Part shown: in pieces, positions 7,834-18,245 of the stretch
Layout of the letters: each line of letters begins with the position of its first letter
How positions within the stretch are numbered: position 1 is the first letter of the stretch
DNA from: a virus
Taxonomy: Duplodnaviria; Caudoviricetes
IMG/VR virus record: IMGVR_UViG_3300044961_000667
Length of the DNA stretch: 64,000 nt
Strand: one strand, 5' to 3'
The notes under the pieces: generated by a model
The model's database searches: none
Seen by the model: the letters and a program-made list of their open reading frames with translations, nothing else
Told to the model about the DNA's origin: nothing
Translations under genes and position numbers: made by a program

Positions 7834-9456
7834 CTAAGGAAGCTCGGTCGCCTCTCCCGTGACTGCGAGCGGCCCATCCGTCGGCAGATCGTCAGCGGCC
7901 TCAAAGTCGAAGTAGTGGCCGCCGTTGATGAACGACGCGAGGGTGGCGGTGTTCTCGATGGTGACCGACAGGTTCAACGTCACCAACAGGTTGACGCGGA
8001 AGGCCAGACGCACCAGTTCGACGTGAATCGGCTTCACCTCGCCGTACCGCTCGATGATGCGATCGACGGTGGTGCTCGTTTCCTGCGTGATCGTCCGCGG
8101 GGTGATCGCCACGAAGAGCTTCGACGTCTTGCAGAAGTCGCAGTTCTCGACCAGGTGGCACGGAGGCTCAAGAACTGCCGCTCCCGCGACTGGCGACGTT
8201 CCGTTCACGAACGGATTCCACCCGAACACACCGGGGGTCACCGTCGTTTCGAGCTGGAACCTGTCTTCACCGCACACGAGGATCCACCCCGTGAGGATGA
8301 TGTCGGTGTTGCCAGTCAGCGTCACCGTGGACGACGTGAAGCCCGAAACAGTCGTCGGGTACGTCACCAGCAACAGCTCGTCGCCACAGTAGATGTCCGT
8401 CGGTTCGACGTCTGAAGGCACTTCGTCGTAGCTCAGAAAGCGCGGGGCCACCGAAGTCAGCCACACACCAGAGCCAACGCTCGGGTACTCGAACAGCTCC
8501 CCGTGAGTCGCGAGGTACGACGGGTCGTACTTGGTCACGTCGACATGCCACAACGGCAGCACCGTCGTGTCGTACCCGTAGATCTTGCCGATGACGTCGT
8601 AGCCCTTGATCGTCCCCTTCAACGGGATGAACTGGGTCACATTGGCGATGGCTGACCGCGAGACCGCCTCATCGTCTCGATCGTCGATGCTGATGCCGAA
8701 GTCCGAGCCAAGCCCGACCGCCATGGTCGTGTCTCGAATCTGGATCCAGCTCAGCTGCTCGATCTGGGTCGAGTCGAGGATGATGTAGTCGGCTCGGACC
8801 GGCGTTTGGCCCTCGATGACTCGCAGGGAAACAACGATCCGGGTGTCGAGGGTGGTGAAGGATGCCGGCTCAGGCAGTTCGCTCGCGAGCGGGGCGGTGA
8901 AGCGGCTGACGTAGGTGACGACACCTCGATCGACAACAACCAGCCCAGCACCATCGTCGGTCGTCACCGTTGGACCAATCCACGCATCGGCCATCGTCAA
9001 AGACGTGTCCGACACGATGGTCGCCACTCGACTCCGCGGGCTGGCAACATCGGGGGAAATCGCCAGTCCTTGAATCAGCTCCTGGGTGAAGGCCGTCCCG
9101 ACCCCCGTGACGACGTTCGAGCCGTTCGTGAACGTCATCTGCCCGCTCAACTTCCGACTCACCGTCAGGATCTGGTCGTCGACCTTGGCCTGCCCGAAGG
9201 TCGACGGGATGAACCCGAACGGGACAACCAGCGGATCGCGCAGGTCAAGGAAGTCGTCGTTCTTGGTGCGAACGCCCTCGACCACCTCGCGACACACCTC
9301 CAGGAACGTCTGCAGCGGCCTGGCCGCCTGCTCGTTGTCTCTGGAGATGTGCACCTCGGGCACGACATCGGTGAGCACCCTCTTCGCCCACTCGACGTGG
9401 CCAAAGGGGAAGTGTCCGAAGAAGCCGTGGCCGAAGCCGGTGTTGTTCCCAGGCAC
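7834..9456 (-). CDS. Baseplate wedge subunit, P2 gpI/T4 gp7-like
   Basis: PLKGTIKGYDVIG and EVKPIHV motifs; position after the gpJ-like gene. Confidence 0.7.
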   Translation of the reverse strand: MPGNNTGFGHGFFGHFPFGHVEWAKRVLTDVVPEVHISRDNEQAARPLQTFLEVCREVVEGVRTKNDDFLDLRDPLVVPFGFIPSTFGQAKVDDQILTVSRKLSGQMTFTNGSNVVTGVGTAFTQELIQGLAISPDVASPRSRVATIVSDTSLTMADAWIGPTVTTDDGAGLVVVDRGVVTYVSRFTAPLASELPEPASFTTLDTRIVVSLRVIEGQTPVRADYIILDSTQIEQLSWIQIRDTTMAVGLGSDFGISIDDRDDEAVSRSAIANVTQFIPLKGTIKGYDVIGKIYGYDTTVLPLWHVDVTKYDPSYLATHGELFEYPSVGSGVWLTSVAPRFLSYDEVPSDVEPTDIYCGDELLLVTYPTTVSGFTSSTVTLTGNTDIILTGWILVCGEDRFQLETTVTPGVFGWNPFVNGTSPVAGAAVLEPPCHLVENCDFCKTSKLFVAITPRTITQETSTTVDRIIERYGEVKPIHVELVRLAFRVNLLVTLNLSVTIENTATLASFINGGHYFDFEAADDLPTDGPLAVTGEATELP

Positions 9457-9464
9457 TGCTCACC

Positions 9465-10004
9465 TCACACGATGATGGTGCTGTGTCCGAGACCCATGGT
9501 GGGCAAGAGCGAGCCGCCGCCGGTGACTGCCACGCGACCACCAGACTCGATCAACGTGAAACTGTCGCCATCGAAGAGCACCATGCCGTTGCGGAAGTAC
9601 AGCCGGTCATCCACGCGCTGACAGATCACCAACGCCGTGTCCTTCACGGACAACGGGAGCGGAGGAGTCACCGCGGTCGCCGGAACGGTCGTGTTCACCT
9701 CGATGCCTCGCGGCAGAACCACCGTCATCGCCTGCCCATCGAGCAGAGTGAGCGTTCCCGGCGAGACGAACCACGCAAAGGCGTTCTGCAGCGAGAACAA
9801 GCGGATCGCGTTGCTCCACGACATGATGCCCGACGCCTTGTTGAAGGTCATCGTGCCGCCGCCCTGCAGAAGCAGGTTGCGGTCCTCTCGCGCCGCGTAG
9901 TGCTTCGCGTCGATGTCGGCCATCAACGTCTTCCACTGATCCCACCAGTCGGTGTCGTTCTCCGACGGGTACGGGATCTTGGTGCGGTCAGTCTCAAGAG
10001 GCAT
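9465..10004 (-). CDS. Hypothetical baseplate-region protein
   Basis: 179 aa ORF tightly packed in the baseplate operon. Confidence 0.5.
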   Translation of the reverse strand: MPLETDRTKIPYPSENDTDWWDQWKTLMADIDAKHYAAREDRNLLLQGGGTMTFNKASGIMSWSNAIRLFSLQNAFAWFVSPGTLTLLDGQAMTVVLPRGIEVNTTVPATAVTPPLPLSVKDTALVICQRVDDRLYFRNGMVLFDGDSFTLIESGGRVAVTGGGSLLPTMGLGHSTIIV

Positions 10005-10013
10005 CGTTCACTC

Positions 10014-12254
10014 CTACAGCGCGCTCACCGCGAGCACGCCCTTCGTGATGATCTGTTCCGGCGCGATCACCACGTCGCCATCCGACGTGATGAGCCCTGG
10101 CAAGACGACGCCCAGGTAGTTGCGAGTCAGGTCGAACTTGATGTTCAAGTACCTCAACCCAGGAATCCCACCAAGCGCATCACCGATCGTCGCGTCGTAC
10201 ATCTCCGCGATGCGCAGCGCCTGGCCGAACTCCTTGTCCTTCAAGACGGTCTCCAACGCAGCCGTCACGTTGGAAACAACCTCCTGTTTCACGAAGCCGT
10301 CGAGCACGGACACCTTCACGGTGGTGTCGACCAGCACCAGCGTCGGGCTGCCGTCCAGCACCTCGACGGTGACGGTCGCCTCCTTGCGCTCGTCCAGGAA
10401 GGTCTGCAGCGACGTGATGAGCGCCAGACTCGGACCCTGCAGGAATCCGTTGACGTCTCTCGTCAGGATCGGAACCTGAATCAGGTTCACCTTGCACATC
10501 TCCGACAACATCCCGTCGACGTGGGCGTACAGGGCGTCGGAAATGGCAGTCAACGACGTGGTCGGGTCGACCACGGCCGCCAGCGCAGCATCGGCCGCCG
10601 TCTTCTGCGCATTCGCGTCCGCGGTCACCACGGCAGCATCAGCGACGACGACTGCGTTCACCGGAGAAATCGCCGCTGCCGACACGATGATGCTGTCGTT
10701 GGCCGTGTCGATGTCGTTGGCGAGACTGTTGATGCCGCTCGCATCGGTGCCGTTGAGCGCGTTCGCCTCTGAAGCGATGACGCTCTGCGCGGTCGCGATC
10801 AGCGCGTTGCTGTTGTTGATGACGAGCTTCTGCGCCGAGATGATCGCGAGCTGCGCCTGGATGGTCGCGTTGTTCACCTGGAGCGTCGGGTTCGCCTGGA
10901 TGGTCGTAACCGCAGTCGCGATCGCAGCCGCCGCCGCGTCACTGAGTCCCGACTCCGTCGTGGTGGTGAACGTCTTCGAGACGATGACGTCGCGGTGGTT
11001 GCTGATCGACGTGACGAACGCCTTGATGGCCGCGACGTCGGTCGCGATGTCACCAGTCTGCGCAGTGACAGCCGCAGCGTGGCCGTTGACGATGCCGGCG
11101 TTGGCAGTGATCGCCGTCGCCTTCGCAATTTCCTCGTCGGCCTTCGTCTTGATGATCCCGGTCTGCGTGGTGACCGCAGGAACCGAACCGACCGCCACGG
11201 TCGCAGCCTGAGCCAGGAGCACATTCAGCAGCGTGTCCTGCTGGGCAGAACGCACCACAACCGCCTTCGCCTTCGCCACCTTGCCAGCGAGCGGATCCGC
11301 GAACGTGTTGGGCAGCGCGTAGTAGTCGCTCTCCACCACCGCGACGTCACGCGCCTTGAACGTGATGGGCGCGAAGATGCGAGCGTGATCGAGCGTCTCC
11401 GGATCATCTCCGCCAGAGGCGTTCTTCGCGTTGGTCACACCCAACGCGATGCGCTGGAAACTGACGACCAGCGGCGCGACGACGTCGTTGATCGACCCGC
11501 TGGTCGCCTGCCCAGCCTTGCCCGAGGTGATGACGTACACCACGCGGACTTCGGCGCCCCGGGCCGGGATGTTGCCGGCGACACCGTCACCGAAGCGAAC
11601 CGACGGGGGCTCGTCGCTGTAGCCGATCTCGTACTGGTTCGTCTGATCGAACGTGATGAAGTCGCTCTCGGTCCACTCCACGCCAGCGACGTAGGTCGTC
11701 ACCGCCGCCGAAGCGACGTACTTCCCGCTCGGAACCTGCGCCAACCCGAACACCTGGTTGGGCGTGCCGTTCGAGGTGAAGATCTCGACCTTCGTCTGCC
11801 CTTCACGGACCGACACGGTCTTCACCGTCTGCCCAGCGGAATACGTCACCGCCTGCGTGCTCTCGAAGATCAGTCCGTTCGGACCCTTGAACTGGAAGCC
11901 CTTGGGGATCACCACGTCGAACAGGTACGGACCAGAGGTCAACGTCACCGTGAGGTCGACCGACGAGGCAATCGCCCCGTCCATCTTGTACCCCAGCTGC
12001 CTCGTCAGCTTGGAGACTGCCTTCCGAAGGATCGAGGTCGCGAGGTACGTGTCGGTGGCCTGGCGGTCCGTGTAGAAGCTGAGCCCGTCCACCACGTAGG
12101 CGAACAAGTCGATCAGCATCCCTCCGACGCCCGACGTGTAGAAGTCGTTGAAGTCGGCGGCGAACTTCTCCTTCGCTCGCTGAACAAGCTCGTCGTACGC
12201 GGACGGGAAGTCCTTGCCGGCGTACCGCACTCTGACGATGTCCCCGGTGGCCAT
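10014..12254 (-). CDS. Baseplate wedge protein, gpJ/T4 gp6-like, with long helical insertion
   Basis: YAGKDF...DFNDF...DRQATDTYLATS...LGYK; VRFGDGVAGNIP; ASGGDDPETLD; DVAVVESDY motifs. Confidence 0.9.
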   Translation of the reverse strand: MATGDIVRVRYAGKDFPSAYDELVQRAKEKFAADFNDFYTSGVGGMLIDLFAYVVDGLSFYTDRQATDTYLATSILRKAVSKLTRQLGYKMDGAIASSVDLTVTLTSGPYLFDVVIPKGFQFKGPNGLIFESTQAVTYSAGQTVKTVSVREGQTKVEIFTSNGTPNQVFGLAQVPSGKYVASAAVTTYVAGVEWTESDFITFDQTNQYEIGYSDEPPSVRFGDGVAGNIPARGAEVRVVYVITSGKAGQATSGSINDVVAPLVVSFQRIALGVTNAKNASGGDDPETLDHARIFAPITFKARDVAVVESDYYALPNTFADPLAGKVAKAKAVVVRSAQQDTLLNVLLAQAATVAVGSVPAVTTQTGIIKTKADEEIAKATAITANAGIVNGHAAAVTAQTGDIATDVAAIKAFVTSISNHRDVIVSKTFTTTTESGLSDAAAAAIATAVTTIQANPTLQVNNATIQAQLAIISAQKLVINNSNALIATAQSVIASEANALNGTDASGINSLANDIDTANDSIIVSAAAISPVNAVVVADAAVVTADANAQKTAADAALAAVVDPTTSLTAISDALYAHVDGMLSEMCKVNLIQVPILTRDVNGFLQGPSLALITSLQTFLDERKEATVTVEVLDGSPTLVLVDTTVKVSVLDGFVKQEVVSNVTAALETVLKDKEFGQALRIAEMYDATIGDALGGIPGLRYLNIKFDLTRNYLGVVLPGLITSDGDVVIAPEQIITKGVLAVSAL

Positions 12255-12258
12255 TTCT

Positions 12259-12627
12259 CTACCTCGGGATCAGCACTTCCAGCGGATCCCGCTGAAGTCC
12301 GTTGATGGCGTAGACGATGGTGGTCAACACCCCCTCGTCTTCCTTGTCTTCTACGACCAGGTCAAGAAGCGTCACCCTCGGCTCGTTCTCCGAGATCGCC
12401 TTCAGCACGGTCCGGGCGATGAGCGCGTTGAGGGCCGGCCCCTTGTTCTCGAACACGAGCGTCTGCGCATCGCATCCGGCCGACGGGCGCATCACTCGCT
12501 CGAAGCGCCCGGTCAGAACGATCTGTTCGAGCGACTCGCGGACGAGCTGCTCGTCGACGGCGGTCTCTGGATAGCCACCGCCCCCCTTCCTGAACGGGAA
12601 CGAGATGCCGACGAATCGAGCCGGCAT
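12259..12627 (-). CDS. Baseplate gp25/gpW-like sheath initiator
   Basis: RESLEQIVLTGRFERVMRPSAGCD...ISENEPRV gp25-family signature. Confidence 0.9.
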   Translation of the reverse strand: MPARFVGISFPFRKGGGGYPETAVDEQLVRESLEQIVLTGRFERVMRPSAGCDAQTLVFENKGPALNALIARTVLKAISENEPRVTLLDLVVEDKEDEGVLTTIVYAINGLQRDPLEVLIPR

Positions 12628-13005
12628 TTAGCCTCCAGCCAACACGCGAATGGGCACCGCAGCCGTGCCAGGGTTGGACACGTACAACTGATTGACCTGC
12701 CCCCCGATGATCGACACGCCGGAGAGCACCATCTGTGGCGCGGTCGGGCTGTTGATCCGAACGACCAGCGACGGGGCGCCGCACTTGATGAGCGCCTTCT
12801 TCACCGTCACGTTCGAGGCTGCGAGGTCGATCAGGTAGTCGACTGCTGCCGCCGAGATGTCGACCGTGATGTCGAACTTCTCGGTGATCGTGGTGCTCTC
12901 GTCGAACACCTCCTTGGCCTCGTCGACCTCCCCCACCGATTCGTAGATGGCGAACTTCCCGAGGCCGCTGTTCTTGTCCCCGGTGAACTTGATCGACTTG
13001 GCCAT
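12628..13005 (-). CDS. Hypothetical beta-rich structural protein
   Basis: 125 aa, directly downstream of palindrome copy 2. Confidence 0.5.
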   Translation of the reverse strand: MAKSIKFTGDKNSGLGKFAIYESVGEVDEAKEVFDESTTITEKFDITVDISAAAVDYLIDLAASNVTVKKALIKCGAPSLVVRINSPTAPQMVLSGVSIIGGQVNQLYVSNPGTAAVPIRVLAGG

Positions 13006-13018
13006 CGCACCCGTCCTT

Positions 13019-13034
13019 GCGCAATCGATTGCGC
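13019..13034 (-). promoter_or_regulatory. Palindrome GCGCAATCGATTGCGC copy 2
   Basis: 16-bp perfect palindrome upstream of AAGGA and ATG 13005. Confidence 0.7.
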
Positions 13035-13092
13035 TGCCCCGGAATCAGGGCTGCGACGGCAAGCTACCACGGCAACCTCAGCTCTTCATCCG

Positions 13093-13581
13093 TCACTGCA
13101 CTGGCTGCGGCAGCGGCCCGAACTGAACGAGGACTGTGCGGGTGCAGGCGTCGAGCGCAGTGGCCTGTGAATCGGCAAACCCGTCGTCGGAGTCGGTCTT
13201 CAAGTAGATCGCCGTGAGTGCCGCGATCAACGCCGCCACCCCCACCGGAGGAGTCGCCACTCCCGGCAACACGAATGGTGGGTTCGGAACAGCTCCAGGC
13301 GTGAATGGCGTGCCTCCCCAATAGGCCAGCAGCCCACTCCCCCACGCTGCGGCCACCACGGCCGGCACGCCAATCGGAATGCTGAGTACGCCCTGGAGCA
13401 CACCCTGGAGTGCCTGCTTGCGGCCAGCGGCGATAATGACGCCTCCGTTCGGCGTGATCGCTTGCGAAGCATACGCGTCGTAGATCGACGCCCACTTGCT
13501 CGCCAGCTCCGCCCTGTCCTTCGGCTTGTTCCGGCCGAGCTGGGCGAACTGGAGCTGCATCGCTGCCTTGATCAGCGGCAC
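13093..13581 (-). CDS. Hypothetical protein following the spike gene
   Basis: 162 aa, Ala/Pro/Gly rich, partly hydrophobic; SD GAGGAG. Confidence 0.5.
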   Translation of the reverse strand: MPLIKAAMQLQFAQLGRNKPKDRAELASKWASIYDAYASQAITPNGGVIIAAGRKQALQGVLQGVLSIPIGVPAVVAAAWGSGLLAYWGGTPFTPGAVPNPPFVLPGVATPPVGVAALIAALTAIYLKTDSDDGFADSQATALDACTRTVLVQFGPLPQPVQ

Positions 13582-13591
13582 GGACTCCTCC

Positions 13592-14422
13592 TCACTTCAA
13601 CTTCACCTTCTGAGAGAGCGTGGTGGCGAGTGTGGCCGCCTGGGTCGGTGGGCCGGTGGGGCCCACTGCCGACGGGTGCGTGTGCTGCTCCAGCCACGAC
13701 TTGAGATCGTCTCCGCGTACCGCAGCGTTATCCGCGCCGTCCGCGATCGTGACGTTCCCCGCCTTGATGTTGCAGTTGGCTGCCTTGTCGATCACCACGT
13801 CCTTGCTGGTGCTGATCTTCACGCCGTTCGAGTCCATCACGACGATGTTGTCGTTGGCGTCCTTGACCTCGATCTTCTTGTTCTCGTCGTCGAACGCGAG
13901 CTTGTTCCCAGCCGGCGTCTCAACCTCGACGCTCTTGTTCTTGAGGAACGTGAGCTTCGCTCCATCCTTGTGCTTGAGCAGGATCTCCAGCTTGTCCTCG
14001 GTGTCAGTGAACAGCAGCTGGTGGCCGCCAGGAGTCACGATGCCCCGAACCGTGGGCGGCTTCTTGTCTTCGTGCTTCATCTCCTCCGGAAGGTCGTCCT
14101 TCTTCCACCATCCGCCGAGGTAGAACGGATGCTTCGTGTTCCCCTCCTCGAAGCCGACGATGACGTAGTCGTCCTTGTCGGGCGGGAAGAACAGCCCTCT
14201 GTTGGTCCCGCCCATCAACGAAACCGGATACGCCCAGTCGAGCACACCAGTCTTGCTCACCGCGGGACAGATCACTCGAACGCGCCCTTGGTTCTCCGGG
14301 TCGATCGAAGTGACAACCTGCGCTCGGTACAGGCTGTAGTAACGATTGAACACGAACACCAAGCCGAACCTGGAGACCAGGTCGCGCAGCCTCGTGATCG
14401 GGTCCTCAAGGAAGGCCATCAC
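13592..14422 (-). CDS. Baseplate central spike (gpV/gp5/VgrG C-terminal-like)
   Basis: YRAQVVTSIDPENQGRVRV...FFPPDKDDYVIVGFEEGNTKHPFYLGGWW OB-fold; C-terminal QHTHP metal-binding apex; no lysozyme domain. Confidence 0.9.
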   Translation of the reverse strand: MMAFLEDPITRLRDLVSRFGLVFVFNRYYSLYRAQVVTSIDPENQGRVRVICPAVSKTGVLDWAYPVSLMGGTNRGLFFPPDKDDYVIVGFEEGNTKHPFYLGGWWKKDDLPEEMKHEDKKPPTVRGIVTPGGHQLLFTDTEDKLEILLKHKDGAKLTFLKNKSVEVETPAGNKLAFDDENKKIEVKDANDNIVVMDSNGVKISTSKDVVIDKAANCNIKAGNVTIADGADNAAVRGDDLKSWLEQHTHPSAVGPTGPPTQAATLATTLSQKVKLK

Positions 14423-15792
14423 GCGCCTCCTGGCGTCACGTCGACGGTCTTCGAGTCACCCGACAGATTCGATGCCTCAGCGTTCACCGAAGGCCCGCTC
14501 GTCTCGGGGATGTCAGCAACGCTTGGCGTGCCAGAACGCTGCAGCTCGAAGCTCGACTCGTACCCACCTCGCCCGAGGACGTGCGTCACCTTCATCACCT
14601 GGTACTGGCCGTCGAACCGAGTCACGCCGGTCTTCACCTGCACCTGCTCCCCCGGCAGCACGAAGGGAATGCCAGGGGTCGAACACTCGGCCTTGATGTT
14701 CATCAGCCCCGCATCGGTGACTTCCTTCTGCAGCGAACTGGAAGCACTGACTTCTCTCGCGCTGACGAAGGTCTTCTTCCCGTCCTCGGTATCGGGGTTG
14801 AACGTCCGATCGGCAGGAGCCGTAGGCCCCTGTGCACCAGCGTCCACCGGAATCGACGGGTTCTGCTTGCTGCCGATCGTCGTCGACCCTTCCACGGTTC
14901 CCGCAAAGTCAGTCGCCTCGCCGGAGTTCGGATCGATGTCCGTCGCACTCACTCCACGGCCGACGCCAGGCAACCACAGCGAGGTAGTCTGCACGTTGAA
15001 CGTGTACATCGGGTACACGCCATCGCCGAGCTGTCCCTTTACGTCGCTGAACGAAGTCTTCTGCGAGCCCGGCAGGTACACGAAAGTCCGCGACGGCTTT
15101 TGCTTCGCGAGCACATCCGCCGGCACCACACGCAGCACATCGCCCTCAGTCCACATATAGCAGCCGGCGTTCTGTGCCAGACTCATAATAAACTGCCAGT
15201 CATTGAAACCCGACTGCACAATCGTCGGGTGCTTCTCATTCAGCGCATCGTTCGCGACGATCGTGCTCGCACCGTCGACGATCGTCTTCAGCGAGTGCTT
15301 CTGAGCGATCTCCTCGATGACCTCTTTCGGCGACACAGACGCTGGACCGTCTTCCGCGTTCTCGCGCTTCTCATCGGGGTACACCTTGTCAGCCGAGGTT
15401 CGCCCCATCACGAACCCGAAGCCGTTGCCATTCAACGTGACGGTGACGTCGTCGCCAAACTGCACCGAAGGCTGCATCATCGTCACGTACGTCCAAGGGA
15501 CGAGAGGCGTCCCGACGTAGCCGAACCTCACGGCCAGCGTGGCGCCCTTGTCGACCAGATCCGACTCCAGTAGCTCGACCGCTTCCCTGAAGGGCGGGTT
15601 CAGGGTCATCGTGACGATGGTGTTCATGCCCAGCCCCACCTCGATCGTCACCTCAACCAAGTACGGCAGGTACCCACCTCCAGAGTCGGTCGTGTACGTC
15701 TGCCCGGTCCCGTTCTTCGGGAACAGCTCGACGATGCGTCCGCCGGCGTGGATCTGAGCAAGGATGACGAAGCCACTGAAGTCGATCGCCAT
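14419..15792 (-). CDS. Baseplate hub protein (gpD/gp27-like)
   Basis: QSGFNDWQFIMSLAQNAG and TPGIPFVLPGEQVQV...RFDGQYQVMKVTH motifs. Confidence 0.85.
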   Translation of the reverse strand: MAIDFSGFVILAQIHAGGRIVELFPKNGTGQTYTTDSGGGYLPYLVEVTIEVGLGMNTIVTMTLNPPFREAVELLESDLVDKGATLAVRFGYVGTPLVPWTYVTMMQPSVQFGDDVTVTLNGNGFGFVMGRTSADKVYPDEKRENAEDGPASVSPKEVIEEIAQKHSLKTIVDGASTIVANDALNEKHPTIVQSGFNDWQFIMSLAQNAGCYMWTEGDVLRVVPADVLAKQKPSRTFVYLPGSQKTSFSDVKGQLGDGVYPMYTFNVQTTSLWLPGVGRGVSATDIDPNSGEATDFAGTVEGSTTIGSKQNPSIPVDAGAQGPTAPADRTFNPDTEDGKKTFVSAREVSASSSLQKEVTDAGLMNIKAECSTPGIPFVLPGEQVQVKTGVTRFDGQYQVMKVTHVLGRGGYESSFELQRSGTPSVADIPETSGPSVNAEASNLSGDSKTVDVTPGGA

Positions 15793-15798
15793 GCGCCC

Positions 15799-16104
15799 TT
15801 ACCTCTGGAAGAGGACGCCGAACACGAAGCGACCAGACGGAATCCGAATCTCCATGCCTCGCTGAAGCTCGACGTCGGGCAGTCGAATCTCGTTCGCGAC
15901 CGCGATGATCCACCCCAAGTACGGGGTCGCGTAGAATCGCTGTGAGATCGTGTCGAGGCGATCCCGCTCCTGCACGATGTACATCAAGTCGTCTTCCTGG
16001 ACCGGAATGCTCACCGGCTCCTGTAGCTCCCAGAACTCGACGTTGCTCACGTTGCGGAGCGTCGCGAAGCCCATTCTCGACGTCTTCAGGATGTTGACGG
16101 CCAT
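15799..16104 (-). CDS. LysM-like tail/baseplate protein (P2 gpX-like)
   Basis: YIVQERDRLDTISQRFYATPYLGWIIAVANEI...GMEIRIP. Confidence 0.85.
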   Translation of the reverse strand: MAVNILKTSRMGFATLRNVSNVEFWELQEPVSIPVQEDDLMYIVQERDRLDTISQRFYATPYLGWIIAVANEIRLPDVELQRGMEIRIPSGRFVFGVLFQR

Positions 16105-16107
16105 GGC

Positions 16108-18225
16108 TTACGTCCCCAGTGCCGAAGCAGCTTTCGCCTGCTTCGCCTTGAAGGCCCGATCGAACTCCTTCATGTCGACCTGGATCACCACGGGCCGGTC
16201 GGCCAACTTCGAGATGGTGCTCACCGCCGCCGAGTCCAGCGTCGTGCTGGTCGGCTGGACCGACATCTGCGGCTTGGGCTGAGGAGGCAACAGGCCGGGC
16301 GTCGAATTCTGCTGCGAGAACGACTGCGTCGGCGCCTGCTGAGGAGGAAGCGGCTTCACGACGCCCGGCGCACCACCCTGAGGCACCCCCTGAGGCTTCG
16401 TCAGCGGGTTGTGCGTCATGTCGTAGTACCAGTCCGACATCTTCCCGCCGATGTCGACCGCCTGCTTGGCGCCCTTCTGCATCGCGCCGATCATCCCGCC
16501 GCTGGCCACGTTGACGATCTTGCCGAGAATCGTGTCCTGATCGACGAGCGCCTTCAGCGCCGCCCAGATCAGCCCTCCGATGCCCTTCGCGAGCCCAACG
16601 AAGAGCGGCGTCCAGTCCACCTTCCCCAGGAGGTCTCCAACCTTCTCCACGCCAGCGGCGAGGACGGCATCGAACTTCTGCCCGTTCTCCTTGCTCGTGA
16701 GGAACTTCCAGAAGTCCTGCGCCAACCCCACCAGTCCGTCCCACAGGTACTGCCAGGGGAACGACTCCTTGATGATGCCCCAGATCTCCTTGAACGCCGC
16801 GCCCACCGAGTCGACCAGGTTCCCGAACGCGGCCTTCACTGCCTCCGCCTTGGGCTTCATGTCCCCAGGGAAGACGACGTTGATCAGCTCGGCAAGGCGC
16901 TCAACCGGCCCGCCCTTCTTCGCCAACGGCGTGATGACGTTGTTCAGGAACTTCATGCCGACGTTCACCAGCGGCCGGAACGCGACCTCCAGCTTCAGCA
17001 GCATCGCTCCCAGGCGCATCTTCATCGCCTGCATCCCGCGCTCGATGCGCTCCGCGTACGCGGCTTTCTTCGCCTCGGCCTCCTGCTGCTTCATCAGGCC
17101 AGCGGACTTCGCGAGCGCCTTCGGGAGATCCTTCCCGAAGACACCCTGCACCTTGCCCCAGCCCTTGTAGATGAGCTGGGTCGTCTTCGGCCCGAACGAC
17201 TTCTCGATGAAGGTGCGCAGTCGCGCCTGTTCACCCTGCGAGAGCTTCGACGCTTTCCCGACGACGTTGGACATCTGGGAGATGAACTGCACCGGGTCCT
17301 GGGCACCCTCCTTGACCGACTTCATGCCCTTGCCGACGTCGCGGAAGAGAACCGACAGATCTTCCGTGAGCCCGCCCAGGCCATCGCCAAGCCCTGCGAA
17401 CGCCTGCGACATCTCCTTCGAGTTGGAGGCCATCAGCTCGAAGAACTCCGTCGCCTGCCCAGCAGCTTCCTCCGCCGGCAGCCCGAGCCCCTTCGTGAAG
17501 GCCGCGCCCAGCTGCAGCACCGACAGCGAGGTCTTCTTCATCTGGTCGGGGGTCAGCTTCAGGAACGACAACTTGTCCTGCACGTTCAGCATGATCTTCG
17601 GCAGGTTCTCGATGCCGATGGGGATGTTGCCGAACGCCTTCTGCGTGGCCAGGGCCTGATCCATCAGCCCCTCCATCGCCTTGTCAGTGAGCCCGATGCT
17701 CGTCTTCGCCGTCTCGAAACTGCCGACCTGCTGAGGCGACATGCCGAACGTCTTCATCACGGAGACGGTCTTGCCGAGCTTCTTCATCGCCTCGTCGAAG
17801 CCGATGCCGGTGGACAGCAGCTCCTTCAGAACCTCGCGCGACTCGTCGAACTCCGCACCGGTGCCAGTGCTGGCCTTGATGATCTCCGAGTTGGCACGCC
17901 TCATCTGGTCGGCAGTCAGCCCAGCCTGGGCGCCCAGGAGGGCGCTCTTCTTGTTGAAGTCGAGCAGCAACCCTCGACCTTCGCGAGCCATGTCGACCAA
18001 CCCGCTGACGATGCTGGCGATGCCGCCGGCGATCATGGTGAGCCCGCCCGTGGTGAGGCCGGCAACCATTCCTCCCAGCGCCAGGCCCGCCGATGCGGCT
18101 CCCTTGGCCAGCCCACCGACCTGAGTCGTGACGGCGCCGACGGCCTTGCCCAGCTTCTTCACGACGGCGGTCATGGAGTCTTTGGCGGTGTAGACAACGC
18201 CAAAGCCGACGTCTTTCTGGCTCAT
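16108..18225 (-). CDS. Tape measure protein
   Basis: 705 aa, Ala/Gly/Lys helical; lies between tail chaperone and LysM gene. Confidence 0.9.
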   Translation of the reverse strand: MSQKDVGFGVVYTAKDSMTAVVKKLGKAVGAVTTQVGGLAKGAASAGLALGGMVAGLTTGGLTMIAGGIASIVSGLVDMAREGRGLLLDFNKKSALLGAQAGLTADQMRRANSEIIKASTGTGAEFDESREVLKELLSTGIGFDEAMKKLGKTVSVMKTFGMSPQQVGSFETAKTSIGLTDKAMEGLMDQALATQKAFGNIPIGIENLPKIMLNVQDKLSFLKLTPDQMKKTSLSVLQLGAAFTKGLGLPAEEAAGQATEFFELMASNSKEMSQAFAGLGDGLGGLTEDLSVLFRDVGKGMKSVKEGAQDPVQFISQMSNVVGKASKLSQGEQARLRTFIEKSFGPKTTQLIYKGWGKVQGVFGKDLPKALAKSAGLMKQQEAEAKKAAYAERIERGMQAMKMRLGAMLLKLEVAFRPLVNVGMKFLNNVITPLAKKGGPVERLAELINVVFPGDMKPKAEAVKAAFGNLVDSVGAAFKEIWGIIKESFPWQYLWDGLVGLAQDFWKFLTSKENGQKFDAVLAAGVEKVGDLLGKVDWTPLFVGLAKGIGGLIWAALKALVDQDTILGKIVNVASGGMIGAMQKGAKQAVDIGGKMSDWYYDMTHNPLTKPQGVPQGGAPGVVKPLPPQQAPTQSFSQQNSTPGLLPPQPKPQMSVQPTSTTLDSAAVSTISKLADRPVVIQVDMKEFDRAFKAKQAKAASALGT

Positions 18226-18245
18226 CAGCTCACCTCGTCAGCGTT

